64,000 nt of DNA from Ruditapes philippinarum (GCF_026571515.1 NW_026855476.1:310001-374000), one strand, 5' to 3'; shown: positions 1 to 25,478, numbered from the stretch's first letter. Notes: generated from the sequence alone by a model not told the origin. A program made the numbers and translations.

Positions 1-753
1 TGCCTTAAAATACATGGAATCATTGCTAAACGGATACAACCCTGTTAAAAATATTACAATTATATTTTGTGTCGAAACATTTTATTCTGTTTACGTACAA
101 TATCCACGTGTGTTAAATAACAGAGGCATTGTTTGTTACATCAACCAAAAGAGTTTTGAAACATTATAATTTTACTGTTGATTATTTTATAAAATAGTTT
201 AATAAGATATAACTTTATACCCTGAAATATTTTTTTTATATAAAATCAATAGTTTTGTATTAACACAATGACATTTTATACTTTTGTTGCTTTTTTAAAA
301 ATAACACTATATTTTCATATGGTGAACACCTATAGTGTGTAGAATAAAAAAATTAAAACATAACATATCTACTTTATGTGAAGTCAAAACCTGTTTATTG
401 TATATTCACAAAGAGACTGTATAGCAATTATAGATATTTTCTAATATCACATTTGAGCATAGTATATCTTTAAAATTATGTTGACTTTTTGAGAGCGTGG
501 TATAGTAACCAGTATTACTGATTATTGCTGGTTTTTAACATTTTTAACAAACGGAACTATGCCAATTCAAATTAAATTACACATGTCATACTCTATACTA
601 GTCAAATACCTTTTAAAGATACTATATATACAGCAATTAATAGAATATTGACTTGTATAACTTTGATAATATATTTTTTGTTAGAAACCACCTTACGTCA
701 TAATCAAATTTTGAATACAAATATAAAGTGAACAGTTAATATATGTTTAATTT

Positions 754-2979
754 CTACATAAGGCCAGTACCCTCAATTGCTAAGTTAATAACAGACTCTA
801 CAAATTGGTTCCATTCAGGAACTGTTTCAAATGTGTCGTCTTTTGCAATAAGTTTCGCTCTAGCAAACTTTTTAAACACTGCAAGCATTGTCGGTGACAT
901 CAAACTTTCCTCAACATCTTCTTTAAACAACAAAATTATAGGAATATTCAAGTTATAAGCCTCTCGCAGTTCTATCTGACACCACTCACTTTCACAAAAC
1001 TTCTTTGATGCTAAAACGATCAAAGTACATGCCTTGGTGACACATCGTAGTACCTCTTCCATGATAGGATATCCTGGAGCAATGTCAAGGTCGCCGGTGG
1101 AAATCAGTCTCCGGTCAGTCTTTAGAGCGTTTTGTAAATCGTTGTTTAAACAGCGGCTAAACGATTTGTTCAGGTCATCAAAATCATCGCTTGCATATAC
1201 AATAAAGGATATACGGTTTTTACTGAAATCATCTCCCAAAAACATTTCAATAAACTTTTCTCGAGAAAGTTTTCTTCTCTTCGCTTTGGATCTGTAATGG
1301 GCTATGGTAACATATACAGAAATTACTGTTACAATGATTGCGACAATAACCACGGAGAGAGTGATGACGAGAGTCCGGTGGCATAAAAATTTCGACTTTT
1401 CGATAATATTTCTGTCGATAGTTAGGTACTCCCCTTCATAATAACAGCTGTAAGGCTGAGTTTTGTTAACTGTCAGATCTGTAAATATCCACTCAATAAA
1501 TCCTACAGTATTACAATCACATACAATGGGGTTTCCGATTAAATCTAAGTTTATGACAGCAGTTTTATTTTCGATCCGTTCGATAACATTTCGAAAACTA
1601 TTAAATGCTTTTATAGTGACTGGATCCAATGCCACTATGCCATTAAAACTCAGGTTAAGAATTGAAAGACCGTGCAAATGTTGAAACTTGAAACTAAGTG
1701 TTTTGAGTTTGTTCCCGTGTAAATCCAACTGACGAAGTTTGTTATTATTCATAAACATATTTACTGGCAAATACGTCAAACTATTAAATGCCATATTTAA
1801 AACAATGATATGTCTCTGCCCCGAAAAGATGTTTCTAAATTCCTCATATTTTTGCATAAATCCAAGACTGTTGTATGCTAAATTCAATCTTTGAAGATAA
1901 GAAAATCCACTCATTAGTTGCGGCGATAAGTATTGTATTTTATTCGAGGACAGATCCATTTCTTTGATGGCAAAATCAGTTGGTAAAAGCAAACTTATAT
2001 TCATCCATTGAAGATTGTTATGTCGCATAGAAATAGACTTTAAATTCACCTGCCCGGCACACGTTAAGTTGATGACAGAATTGTTCAAAACTATTTTATA
2101 TTTAAACAAATCGTTAATTTCCAGTACCTTCATATTGGGAAACAAGTAGTTGTTCATTTCACTAGAGCTGGATTCACTAAACATTTGCAGACAATTTTTG
2201 CCACTAACCTTCCTTACAAGTGTATAATCTATATTAAGAAACGAATACGGCAATGAGGAAACATTCAAGACCTCAACATTTCTTAATATGTTTGTTAGCA
2301 ATATATATCGATCATTAAAGTTGTACGACTTCGAAGGAAGAATAGTAGAATTTGAAATGTCTATGTATTTTAAAGTTGGTTCTTTTTCTGTAGCTGTGAT
2401 AGGCCCCATTGGGAAAATATTGAGTCTGCACAGACTCAGTTTAGAATTTTTTTCACTGCAATCATATTAACAAAATTTCCATCAATTGTGACACTGCGTC
2501 CCCCTATCTGATCAAGTTTGAGAAATTCTAATGTACCGGGATACGCTAGAAGCGCATCAACGGTACCAGCAATGTCCGAAGCAATCTGAAAAATCCAAAG
2601 TGTGTAAAGAGTTCAGTCCCTTTAGCATATCTGTATGTATATCATCTAATCTCCTTGAATGAATACCGAGCACTTTTACATTATATAAGCTATAAAAGTT
2701 AAATCCGGCAACTGTAAAATAAACATTAGGGTTTATGCCTATATCAAAAACCTCCACATTTCTCCAACTTACATGTGTAAATGTGATGTTAGAAATATTA
2801 GTACGTAAATAATTAGATACAACAACCCTAGAGATGCCAAGAGGTATCTCTACAGGAATACTTTCTTTACATGTCAAAGTATCACTAGAATATTTCCTAC
2901 AATCCGAAGAAATCCATGCTTTCTGGTGGGTGAAAACAATGAATACAGAAAACAGATGAAAAATGACGGAAGTTAACAT
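754..2979 (-). CDS. Toll-like receptor (signal peptide, LRRs, LRRCT, TM, TIR); reading frame disrupted at about 2445-2580 (pseudogene, assembly indels or small intron)
   Basis: ORF 2557-2979 has a hydrophobic N-terminus and LRR-like segments (VKVLGIHS, LHTLDFSDC). ORF 754-2409 has canonical LRRs (IKEMDLSSNKI, LQRLNLAYNSL, LRQLDLHGNKL, LSILNLSFNGI), LRRCT (GNPIVCDC), TM (TLVITLSVVIVAIIVTVISVYVTI) and TIR (SFIVYASDD box1, DIAPGYPI BB-loop Pro, SKKFCESEWCQIEL). The two ORFs are in the same frame; the stretch between them is open only in a shifted frame (DIAGTVDALLAYPGTLEFLKLDQIGG...). Confidence 0.92.
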
Positions 2980-3276
2980 TCTCTTTCAAAGAACAAAAAC
3001 ATCGACAAAACACGCGCAATATTAATGTAAATCTCAGCGACAAATATTTCCTTTATGCGTAAAAGAGAGTGAATATAATAATCAGATAAATGTTGTTTAC
3101 ATCATAAATCATAAGGCGGTATCATAGTGTGTATATTTATATAAAGTATATCGGTAAAAGCAACGAAGCGTGGCTTAAACTAATATATTGTTTGATGTAA
3201 CTTTAATAAGATGCTTAAAAATATATAAATAAAAATCAGGTACTTTCCCATTTTTTTTTCACAGTCACTTGTGACA

Positions 3277-4215
3277 TTTATACGCCCGACACAATTTCAG
3301 TGTGCAGAGCACACATTTGACCTTCCTCAGGCCTAGGTCAAGGTCACACTTACTCATTTTGAATTAATTTCAAAATTTCGTGCCCACTCTGTATCTTTTG
3401 AAACATTGGAATGAAATTAAAACTATTTGGCAGAAATCTTACTTATAATGAGGCGACATGCAAAACCCAGGTTCAAAATTGGCTCCACACTGGGTGTCAA
3501 TTTTGAATAGGAAAACAAATTTATGTCTGATATTGTAAAACTACAATGCCCAGAGCTAAGATATTTGGCATGTACCATTGCCTTGTGGATCTCTACAAAA
3601 TTCATTTTTATCATGCCCCTTGGGTAAATATTGGCCTTGCTCCGGGTATCACTTGATTTATATAGGCTTTATATAAGAAAACACATTAAAGTCTTATTTT
3701 AAGAAACAACATTGCCAATAGCTTAGATTTTTTGGCATGTAACATTTTCTTGTTGACCTCTATAAATGTGATATAAATCATATCCCTTGGGTCAATATTG
3801 GTCCTGCCCCGGTGGTCACGTGATTCATACAGGCTTTATATAGAAAACACATTTAATTCTATTTTGTGAAACTGCAATGCCCTGAGCTGTGAAATTTGGC
3901 ATGTAGCATTACCTTGTAGACTTCTACAAAAGTGATATTGACCATGTCATTTGGCCCAAGTCCGGGGTCACTTGATTTATATACACTTGTATAGGATATA
4001 CCTTTTAGTCTTATTTTGTAAAACAATAATGGCCAGAGCTTTAATATTTTGTATGTAGCATTGCATTGTGGACCTCCACAAAACTTATTCATATCATTCT
4101 CCTTGGGTCAACATTTACTCCACCCAGGGACCATTTAGTTGATATGGACTTATATAAGATAAAATATTTTAGTTTTATTGTTTGAAACAAAAACGCCCAT
4201 AGTTAAGATATTTTG
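3277..4215. mobile_element. Degenerate Helentron-associated (HINE/pearl-like) element with internal tandem repeats
   Basis: Starts TTTATACGCCCG. Several diverged ~150-170-bp repeats carry shared motifs (ttggcatgta, gacctct, cccttgggtca, ggtcac). No intact 3' end was recognised. Confidence 0.55.
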
Positions 4216-4363
4216 TTGCTTTATTATTAAAATGATCTAACTCCATTTTGAAAAAAAAAACGCATTCAAACTTTTAAAATCGATTATTTCGGTAGTGTTG
4301 TCCTTGATCGATTTTAAAATAAAAAAGTACAGGATATATAGGATATGATATACATATAGAATA

Positions 4364-6823
4364 CAGTGAAAACTCGCTAATGAGACCAATGATGGGACTT
4401 TACAAATCTGGTCTTAATAGCGGGTTGGTCTCATTAATGAGTTTGGTCAAACAGAAAACCAGGCAATATATTAAGGGATACCATGTACTGGACACATGTT
4501 TAATTCTGGGCTAACCTATTTCAAATGAGAAGATATAAAGCATACACTATTATTTTTTTATTTTCATTTATTTTCTTTTACTTTTTAACATTATAAAATT
4601 TTTAAACTTCTTTAGAGGTACAAAATGTATTATGAATGTCTTTAAACACAAAAATATTTTTACATTCTTGTTAAAAGAATGACATGACTTACTCAATTAA
4701 ATCACCATTTTACTACAAAGCACACCGAACAATTGACCTTTAATTATTTTCACAGTTTTCATTGCCGATAACAACTTCAAAAACCTAATCGTATCATGTT
4801 TATGTTTGTTTAAAATTATGGAACGAAAGAGATAATGATAGCAGCAACACCTCTAAAAAACGTTTTTGAAAGTTTTTTGTTCAATATTTTGTTGTTTTAT
4901 TCCTCCAGTTATGACATTAAAGGTGTGAAATTAAGAAATTATCGACAATATTATGCCGGCTCGCCACGGCGAGCCGGTATTACGGTAGGATTTTACTGAG
5001 AAACAACCTAAAACTCCGAAGCTATCCAAAAATTTAATCGAAGCTTGGCTTCCAGCTTTCTACAAAATTTATCTATCAGGGCTAGGATCCAAAATTATTT
5101 AGCCAATCAAATTTAATCTTACATAGCGTCAAAAAACCTTCAATTTTCACGCCATTTTTAAAAATCAGCAAGTATTGTTTTGAGCGCAAAGATATAATGA
5201 TGATTAAAATGTTTGTCTTTATGAATTCTTTTCAATAAATCATATTTACACTGACTTCTGATTTAGCGATTTCACCTGTTTTCTCTGTAGTAAGTTTTCG
5301 TTTGGTTAATTAACATAAGTGTACATCTGGTTCTGTGCATTTTTTATTTTTCCTTTTTTCCGGTCATTTTATCCTTTCCGGTATTTAGTGTATGTATTTA
5401 CTGGCCGGGATCCGGAACGCCCGGGATCCGGGATAGTATAAGATATGGAGGAAAAACCTAATAAACTATATTTGTGTTGATTGTTGTCGTAATGAAAGGC
5501 CATAAAACGTTAATTTTTTTATTGTATATAATGAACGTTAAATTAATTTAACTTAGAATATAGATATATTTAGAGCTATTTATTAACAAACTGAAAATGC
5601 GGAAATCACAATACTTATAATTATATGCCTAATTAATTGGAAAAATCAAAGACTATTTTCTTGAATTGGTCAAATCCCGGGATCCCTGTATGTTTTAAAA
5701 CGATCCCAGCTTTTCTGAAAACTATATACTTGAACTGGCCAATCCGTGAGATCTATTTACATTTTAATACGATCCCGGCTTTTCTGAAAACTATATTCTT
5801 GAACTGGTCAATTCCCGGGATCCCTATATGTTTTTTAAAATAGGATCCCGGCTTATCTGAAAAACATCTTCTTAGCCTGGTCAATTTCTGGGATCCCTAT
5901 ATTTTTTAATAGGATCCCGGCTTTTCTGGCTGAATTGATTGACAACTTGTGTTTACTTTAGGACTTGTGCCTCTCATTCCAATACTGAATAACATACATG
6001 TATTACAACTTAATTTTGTATAAAGAGACATCTTTATGAAATCTACCTATCTAACATTTTGTGGTCAAGGTCAACAGGCCATATAGTAAATGTGCATAGA
6101 CATAGGTTCTTCATTCAATCTGTTTACATGCACCTTCATATATACTCAAACTCATCTTGGTTAAACTGAGAGAACTTTATATGTCACTTTCAGTCAATGA
6201 GTTTAAGATTTTGAATTTACTGGCCCGAATTCCAGTTTTGAATTTATTCTACTAAATAATTAACAAAATTTTCTTAAATTTACACTGGCCTGAACTTATA
6301 TACACTGGCCATCGGGCACCGGGCCAGTGTTGACTTCACTTTTATTTTGATGTTCGCTGAAGTCTCTTCAGCTAACAGAACTGTCATTTTTTCATTTAAA
6401 CACACCCCTTGAAAAAAATTACGAAGCGAGTCGCTACTAGCTTTTTTAAAAGCTAACCTTGTTGATCATTTACGGGTTGGATACAAAGTAACCTTGACCT
6501 CTGCCGTAAATTGGATGTCGTTAAATGTCGTAAAACTAGGACAACTGTTGTTTACATCAGGTGTCAAAAAGATTTCAGCAATATACATGCCTGTCAATAT
6601 CAAGGTGAGAAAGTGCCTGCGGTCGTATTTATGGGTTTCCAAATGTACAGAATTTACGAAATGGGACTGAATTTACTGGTCGTATTACGGAATAACGGGG
6701 TGGTCTCAAAACCGGGGTTAGCGACCATTAAAATAAAGAATAAAAAAATCGGGTCTTTAAAAAATCGTTCGTATTAGCGGGTTGGTCTCGAAAACGGGGT
6801 GGTCGTAAAGCGGGTTTTTACTG
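4364..6823. mobile_element. Non-autonomous Tc1/mariner(pogo)-like TIR element with nested insertions
   Basis: TA|CAGTGAAAACTCGCT at the left end, AGCGGGTTTTTACTG|TA at the right end (imperfect TIR, TA target duplication). Subterminal GCGGGTTGGTCTC/GGGGTGGTC motifs are repeated at both ends. No transposase ORF. Confidence 0.7.
5650..5930. repeat. Diverged ~70-bp tandem repeat (GGATCCC-rich) nested in the TIR element
   Basis: About 4 copies of ttttctgaaaactatattcttgaactggtcaattcccgggatccct... Confidence 0.65.
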
Positions 6824-7080
6824 TATGTATATTGAAGCATAAATTGTTTGATCATTCGATAATTGATGTAATGTATTTACTATTTAAATCTGCAGATAGC
6901 TCAATTTAGTTAAATGTGGCTCTCTGTCTATTCTAGTGAGGTAACTACATTATATATACTACATTATACTAGAGATGTCACAGTCTGAAACAAAGATAGC
7001 AGGTCCATGAGAACATACCTCAATCTGAAGTTAAAGGTTATGCCTAAATTAAGAAGACATACATGTATTACTGTATCTCG

Positions 7081-7212
7081 ATTGGCTGAACTGAAATTTC
7101 GCATCAACTGCGTCAACTCCAGTATATACCACAGTCGAAACGACGATTTGGCAAGTTACATTGTTGTGTTAAACTTTACACCAGTGGCATAAATCATGAT
7201 TCTTAGGTAAGG
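7081..7212 (+). promoter_or_regulatory. Candidate promoter and non-coding first exon of the hnRNP C-like gene
   Basis: Reverse CCAAT box (ATTGG) at 7081, a CpG-containing stretch, then a strong donor AG|GTAAGG at 7206/7207. The first coding exon is preceded by an acceptor at 11414-11415, so an upstream exon must exist. Assigning this stretch as that exon is inference. Confidence 0.3.
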
Positions 7213-7955
7213 ATTAGGCTCACCCTGGGGTTCATTTTTTATGCAGACTTATTAAAATATCTTGAAATTAATTACTCCGCAGAGCTTTGATATTGGCATG
7301 TAGCATCAATTTATAGTATTCTACAAAAGTTATGTATACATGTATTAACCATGACCCTGGTGTCAAAATTGTCTGTCCTGGGGGTCACCATGCCTTATGT
7401 AGATTGGTGTACTAGAAATCACATCAAATCTTTATGTGGATAACTACAGTGTTTAGAGGCATGTAGCCAGATATGTACCTGGGGTTTATTTTATATAAAA
7501 AGAATAATTAAAATAGAAAGTTTTTGTTGACGTTTTTGAATGGGTTTCTTCACTGATTGAAAGATTATTTTTGAGTACACAAAAAAAGTATCTTTCGGGT
7601 ACATATATTACCCGGCCTTTGTGGTACTTTTGCTCGTTTGTTTATTTTTTATTTAGATGCCCTCTTAATTTCATATCAAATATAAGGTTTAAAAAAGAAA
7701 ATAAATAAATAATAAGTGAGGCTCGAGTCGGTACCTTGTAATTAAGGAATGTCCTGTATATAAACCAAATGTCAAATAACAGTAACATAATATTGGCCTT
7801 AATGTGTTGCTATCTCTTCCATATTTAAGTGTGTACACGTCGTTGAAAGTAACAGGGCATTGGCAGAAGATTTTCAGGACAAAATAATTGAACATAAGAT
7901 CCTACATGTGTACCAGCTGCGGATGTTATAGCTGAAGCTTTTAAAAGCAGACTGA

Positions 7956-8186
7956 GGTGACTCAAAGGTGCTAGTCGCATTGATTTGACCTAAAATAGGT
8001 TTAATCTTATTATTCATGTAATATGATATCAATGTAAAAAAAAAAAATACAAAAAAAGATTGATTTTTGTTATATTGTTACAGACAATATTTTTTTAATA
8101 TATTGATATTATATTACATGAATAACAAGATAAATTTTAAACATATTTTAGGTCAAATTAATGCGACTAGCACATTTGAGGTGACT
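7956..8186. mobile_element. MITE with ~35-bp inverted repeats
   Basis: caaaggtgctagtcgcattgatttgacctaaaata is the near-exact reverse complement of tattttaggtcaaattaatgcgactagcacatttg. Confidence 0.7.
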
Positions 8187-8944
8187 AGGATCGAAATGGA
8201 ACAGGACACGACAGTCCTGGCATTTTCTATAACTATAGTGTACGTTCCCGGTCTCATTGACCTGATTGAACCACCGTAAAAAATTTAGTGGTGTATAAAA
8301 AATTCGTTTTGATAAAAGTCTGTAAAGCAAACGCCACTCTTGAAACCGGAAGTATTATACACGCCATCTGGTGTGGTACTAAAATCAACTTCTTTAAAAT
8401 ACACATGTGTAAAAGTTCTCTTAAAATATCTTAAAGATTGTCTTTTAATATTGTAAGAGGCTACTGTCTATGAAATCTTCACATTATACTTTTGATGAGC
8501 AGCGAATAATGCAATAAATAACCGTTGTAGATTTCTTGCAATCTTTCCAAGAAAAAAACCGGGAAAGGCCAGGTCCCCGCTGTTGGCTTTCTTAAATAAA
8601 GGATCTGACGCGTTAATTTTTACTATGATGGTAAATAAATGTTTGAAACTTTCTAACAAATTAACCATTTCGAAATAACACCACAATAATCGTCTATAAT
8701 TTAAAGATATTTAAATAAACTGTGTCAAACCCGTCCCGTAACTCGTGAGTCTATAATATTTCCAGGATATAGCCGGTGAATCTCCTGGATTAGACCTCTG
8801 TGTTTATTACAGAAGTAAAACTTTAGACATAATACAGTACACCAAAGTCAAAGGTGGTGGTGTTGGTAGTTTTCATTTCAGATTACGCAGTAAGCCACTT
8901 ATAATGAATTTACCAGAAAAGCCACTTGTAATGAATTTACCAGA

Positions 8945-9170
8945 GGACTGCATTGTTCCTGGGCAGGCTGTCAAGCAGTTTACCAGTACTAGTTGCTTTC
9001 ATTTCGCAAGGAACTGATAACTTCTGTACACGCAAGAGCAGAGGTACAGTGTGAATGACCGTAGTAAGGATTGATTGGTCACAACGAAAGTGAACTGTGC
9101 CTTCCGGGAATCAAACCTGTCGCCTGATTTACAGTCCAACGTTCTACCTATTGAGGTAACTGGACGGCTT
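8945..9170 (-). mobile_element. tRNA-derived SINE (degenerate)
   Basis: Minus strand reads agccgtccagttacctcaataggtagaacgttggactgtaaatc...ggtttgattcccgg (A-box and B-box-like), followed by a non-tRNA body. No complete cloverleaf. Confidence 0.6.
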
Positions 9171-9419
9171 AAAGTCCAAGAAAATGGAATGAACATTACA
9201 TACACTCCTGATTTAGACCCCGGGTCTATTCAAGGATATAGCCTAAGTAAAACTTTCAAACAGCATCAGCTTCCATCCCAGAATTATAAAGATTATCATG
9301 TCTTATAAATCTTATAGTGATTCATTTTAAGCTTTATTTTGTTAAAATCAGGTGGGTTGGTGCTGTAGCTTGTTGGTAATTAGATTAATGAAAGACGTTT
9401 TCAATTTAACTTTTATGGC

Positions 9420-10693
9420 CAGTGATTAATCTAGATGTGCGTCTTGCGTAAAATACGCATAAAAATCGAAAAAGACGCACAGTTTCAAAATATGTGCGTT
9501 CAATCTGACGCATGCTAATCAGGAAGTTTATAATCCAAAATATCACGATTAGTGATTTCTATGTACAGATTGATTACTTTAATTTCATTCGTTGAATAAT
9601 TTTTCAATTTCTTCAGTTGAATAATTTAATTTCCGCTGATATCAGGTGCAAGACTAATCCCCCATTTGCTTAAAACGTTAAATCCCAAGCAATTGTTGCT
9701 TGTGATCGGTAACCGCCCATTATCGGCATTAGCCAATCAGAGCGTCCATTTTGCATAAGAGCGATTCGCCTACAATGGTGAAATATGCAGACATTGGCGC
9801 AAAAAAATGAGAAGGGCACAGGAAAATCGTCAGCAAATGGCCATCAGACTTATATTGTATGTTATTTAGTCATCCAGACAAAACTGGTACCAACAGCAAC
9901 AGGTTACCCATTCCCCTGTAATTACGCATATTCTTGAGTTTATCCATTTCCCTATAGCATTTTTCCAAGTTATCTACATACCTAATCCCTTTCCCACCTA
10001 CTACTGCATTTCTACTACCGTAAATTTAATCCAATAAAGCAAACAAAAAATCATTTATCTACTTAATATTTTAAATAATTATCGGTAACTGAAAAAAGTG
10101 TTGCTATTTTAAGAAATGCTGTAAGTTACAGTATAATCTGACAGGTGTGTAATGATTTCCCCTAAGGTCACTCAAGTTCACGCGGAGTGTAAAAAAAAAA
10201 GATGTCTATTACGTCATCAGAATATTTGACAGGGTGATTAACCAATCAGGGTAACATTGTGCATGACTTTTTTTCATGATCAAAAGGTCTGTCTGTGTAT
10301 GCTTTCTACACAGAGGCATACAAGGAGCAATAAAAGTCGTCAGTATGTATACAGTGTGAGAGGGACATTTTGTGCAAATTACGAACAATTAAAATGGATA
10401 ATGCACAGTATTAGACATAAGTAGTAAGAAAATATAAATTATGAAAATTAGATTTTTGAGCAGCCAATAAAAATTGTTTTGCCTGCAATTAATATTAGTA
10501 CCAAAAATAACGTTTTTATGCACTTTAATTACTTAATCGCTTGTTATAAAAACATGCAAATCATGTCAAGGATCTGCTATTAAAAAGACGCATTTTTTTT
10601 GCTACATGACTCATTGATTTTGCTACAGGACTCATTGTTTTCAAACATGTGCGTCATCCGACGCATTGTAAGGAATTTCTAGATTAATCACTG
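9420..10693. mobile_element. Non-autonomous hAT-like TIR element with 5-bp TSD (hAT5-type)
   Basis: Perfect 15-bp TIR CAGTGATTAATCTAG / CTAGATTAATCACTG, flanked by ATGGC on both sides (9415-9419, 10694-10698). Subterminal GACGCA/TGCGTC repeats. Confidence 0.85.
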
Positions 10694-11418
10694 ATGGCAT
10701 GTTGATTTCAATAACAAATTAACATCTGCATCAAATTCTACATGAAACTTTTTAGCTTCTCGGGTTCCGTTCAGGTGGATATCAGGTGTTGATAATTTGT
10801 CCTGCCTATTGTACTTTGAAGCGGAGCTGTTGCTTAGAAATTCAGGACATTGTTTACAATTATTAATTCATAATGATAAGCAAACAATACTTACTGACAA
10901 ATATGCCACAGGAGTTGAATTTATGACAGGTCTGACAAATAAATGTATTTGAAATTTTCATCAGATTACCATCAAAATTAAGTAATTTATTTTTTTATTG
11001 ATAGATCATGATGAGGTTACTATCAGATCTGTATAGGTCGTAATCAATCAAGTTATTGTTACACCTCTAGCTGCCATTTATATGATAGTTTTGTTGGTGT
11101 GACTTAAATCCCAATAAAAAATAACAAATATGATACTATGACTAGTCCCCAGGCACTTCACACCCTAAATTGTGAAGACACTTGTTACCATATCATCTGT
11201 AAAGATGCTGTTAAAATCAATTGTATTCTTCAGCCTTTTTATTAAAATATCACCTATTCATGACCATGGCTGAATTGGTTGTTTTCTTTAAGGCATCTGC
11301 TGCCTTAGATAAAAATGAAAAACCTGTTTTTGCATATTTGATAAAACTGAAGAGCTCTAAATTTTAACTTTCATTGAACCATTCAGCCATTTTCACTTTT
11401 TTCTTTGCATTTTAGAAT

Positions 11419-22343
<10,925 letters not shown>

Positions 22344-25241
22344 TGGACAAAGAAAAGATAAAAGACTGTATATTTCATTCTACATTATCTCCTGGTAACA
22401 TGTACAGTAAATATTCCGTAAAATGCCGAGGTCTGAGAGTCATATATATATATATATGTACACTGTGAATGAACTCTGTTTCATGTGAGTATATGTGAAA
22501 TGACCTGGAAGAATGAATGTAAAACAGAGAAGAAAAAATACATGGAAGAATTTACAGTTCTAGCAGCATGTAAACCATTAAAGGACATATAACATGAAAG
22601 AGGTTTTTTTTTCTTTTTTTTCAAAATCTATTATAGTTCAACTGTTGAAGGAAACAAATGAGACATTTTCTAAATACACATGTTGACTTAATGAGACTAG
22701 CAGTTGCACTTTGTTTTATACATGATAACATCTTCATTTAGTTTTGGTTTCTTTTTTTTTTACAGCACAAAAGTTATTTGTTCATCTTCCGCAAAAGATG
22801 TAAAATTATATGTATATATAAAGAATTGAAATTTGCTTTGAGTACTTCAGAAGCTACAAGGTTGATAAATATTTCTTTATTTGTGTGTTCCTAGGAATTT
22901 TGTTGACTTATTTCCTTGTTGATAAAGTGTTTGAAGAATTGGTTATTAAGGCCATATAAAAAAAGTTCCCATTTAATTTTATTAATTTCATGTAAGAAGC
23001 ATGTAAATCTGTTGTAAGGCAGGAATATTTGCAGTATAAGCTGATTATTTGCCAATTATTTGCCAGTGTTAATGATCTGTTTCTTTTGATACTGCATATT
23101 AGTATTCTTGAAATAAGTTTTCTAACAAAACAACAAAAACAATCACCTCTTTACAATGATGTTAAAATAGGATTCATCATGTTAAAAAGTTTAGCTAATT
23201 GTTCAGACAACCATTGTCAATGCTTTGAACGAAACTACTAGATACAGTAGACACAATATACTTCTGCTTCTGTGACACAAGCTTTAATGTACTTGCATAA
23301 TTTTAGTAGTCTAGTGAATAATAATTGTTGAACTCAATATTCCAACATCTCTTGCTTGACTATATTTTTAATGACCTATTAACAAGTTAAAGTTAAGGCA
23401 GTGTGTTTGGTTATAAACTGGCATATGTTGTGTAAATGTACAAAAGAAATGCATCTTTTGTTTGGTATTGTGTTAAGAATTATCACAATTTTTATATAAC
23501 AAGTTTCAGAACTTGCAAAGGTATCTAATAATTTCTTCTACCATTTGTTTTCATATTGACATTTTTAATTTTACATGTGTTGTGTTCTATAAATGTATAA
23601 GTCAAAATTCTGTGTACATGAAAATGCTGACTATTATGTACATATACTTGTATGTGTTCATTCTGGCTTCCTTCTTTATAGTTATGTTTTCTATACAGTT
23701 GATATAAATGCTGACATGAATAAGAATGGTGTGATCATTTATGTGATGTTTCTGCCATGTATGCTAAAATTTGTGGAATAAGTAATGTTAAAAGATAAGC
23801 TTTTATGTAAAAATAAGGTGATACAATGCTACATTTGTATAAGAAAATATTACCAAAACTTGGTAAGACAAGTGTTTATGTAACACAACAAAGAAACAAG
23901 CATTGTAAAGGATCATGTGTGGAAGTCAACAAGGCAATCAAAATGCTAGTATGCAAAAAAAACCAAACAACAATGTAACATCAATTTTTGTGCATTTGTG
24001 CAAACTTTTTATCTCTTCTGAAAATTCAAACGAATTGGCTCCGTGAAACACTAATCATTTGTTGCATAACCAGTACACTAGCATGGATTTTTACTGAATT
24101 CATAAAAAATCATTATTACAGTTTTGCCATATCTTAAACAACGGATACATGTTTTCAGGTTCATAATTTAGGTCAATGACTAAGACCCATAACTCATTCA
24201 CAATTATTTCCATTTGTGAACTTGAATTAATAATACGTGTCTCTTGTTTTACTATGATGCTCTGCAATCATATAAGTGCATTGTCAGCTAATCTACATTC
24301 TTGCTTGTAATGCATTGGATAAGACAAGAGATCTGGTACAAGATGTGCATGTTTTTTATTGTAGAAGTATCATTATTGACAGGGATCATTTATAATTATG
24401 TGCCACAAATGATCATTGTATTACACTATAACATGTTTAAACTTACATATGAAAAACAGTTCAGAGCTATAATGTTTGATAAATAATTCAACACTAGTGT
24501 ATTTACTAATTTCCTTGGATATTGTTAGTTTGTTTATTCAAATATTTTGATTATGTGTAGATTTTGAAGTCACAGTCTTGTTAACATACATCATGTAAAA
24601 TTTACTGTGGTATATTATGTGTGGATAATAAACACTGTTATAATTATCAAAAGCTAAAGATATTTGTTAATTTGTGTGGATTAGAAAATAAATACTGATT
24701 ATTTGTTCATGTATGGATTTGAAATTCATCGTTCAGTTTTGTTATGTTTGAATGTAGATTTTCTCTGATGTAGCATGTGTGGATTGTAATTTGATCTAAG
24801 GCTAATTGTCAATAAGGAATGCTGTTTTTATTATGTTTGGATTAGACGATCATCAATAGATGCACTTTTATTAAATATTGAAAAACGATTTCTCTGTTAA
24901 TCATGTGTGGATTAAAAATGTTACATTGATGTTTCATTTATGTGTGCATATTCATTTAAGCAAACATACTGTTGCACAGTATTATAGTTGTTGTGTATTT
25001 CCTTATAGACGTGTGTACAAAATAATCTTTGCATAGTAAAGTCTGTCAAAACATCTCTAGTATAGACATTAATTTCCAGTTTTCTAGATTTAAAAATGTA
25101 TTTTTGTGTACAAACTGATTGCCTGTGTCGACAGTGTGGAATTTCTCTGGACATAATTTGTTATGATGTTATAAGTGTAAGTACAATGTAGTTAGAATGA
25201 GTTGAGGCTATCACAAGATTCTCATTTTATATGCTGACATT

Positions 25242-25478
25242 TGAGCTGCGTCATGACAAAACCAACGTAATGCATTTGCGACCAGCATGGATCCAGACCA
25301 GCCTGCGCATCCTTGCAGTCTGATCAGGATCCATGCTGTTCGCTTACAAACCCTATTACAAGTAGAGAAACTAATAGCGAACAGCATGGATCCTGATCAG
25401 ACTGCGCGGATGTGCAGCCTGGTCTGGATCCATGCTGGTCGCAAACGCATAACGTTGGTTTTGTCATGACGTGGCTCA
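25242..25478. mobile_element. Palindromic MITE (~100-bp arms)
   Basis: tgagctgcgtcatgacaaaaccaacgt...ggatccatgctgttcgct pairs almost perfectly with agcgaacagcatggatcc...acgttggttttgtcatgacgtggctca. Confidence 0.9.

Noticed and set aside
3239-3248. NF-kB site upstream of the TLR (GGTACTTTCC)
   Set aside because: One mismatch to consensus and a single short motif; not supportable without conservation data.
9090-9170. tRNA gene (also tRNA-like bits at ~14935, ~32840 and ~33015)
   Set aside because: Only degenerate A/B boxes and no full cloverleaf; these are SINE heads.
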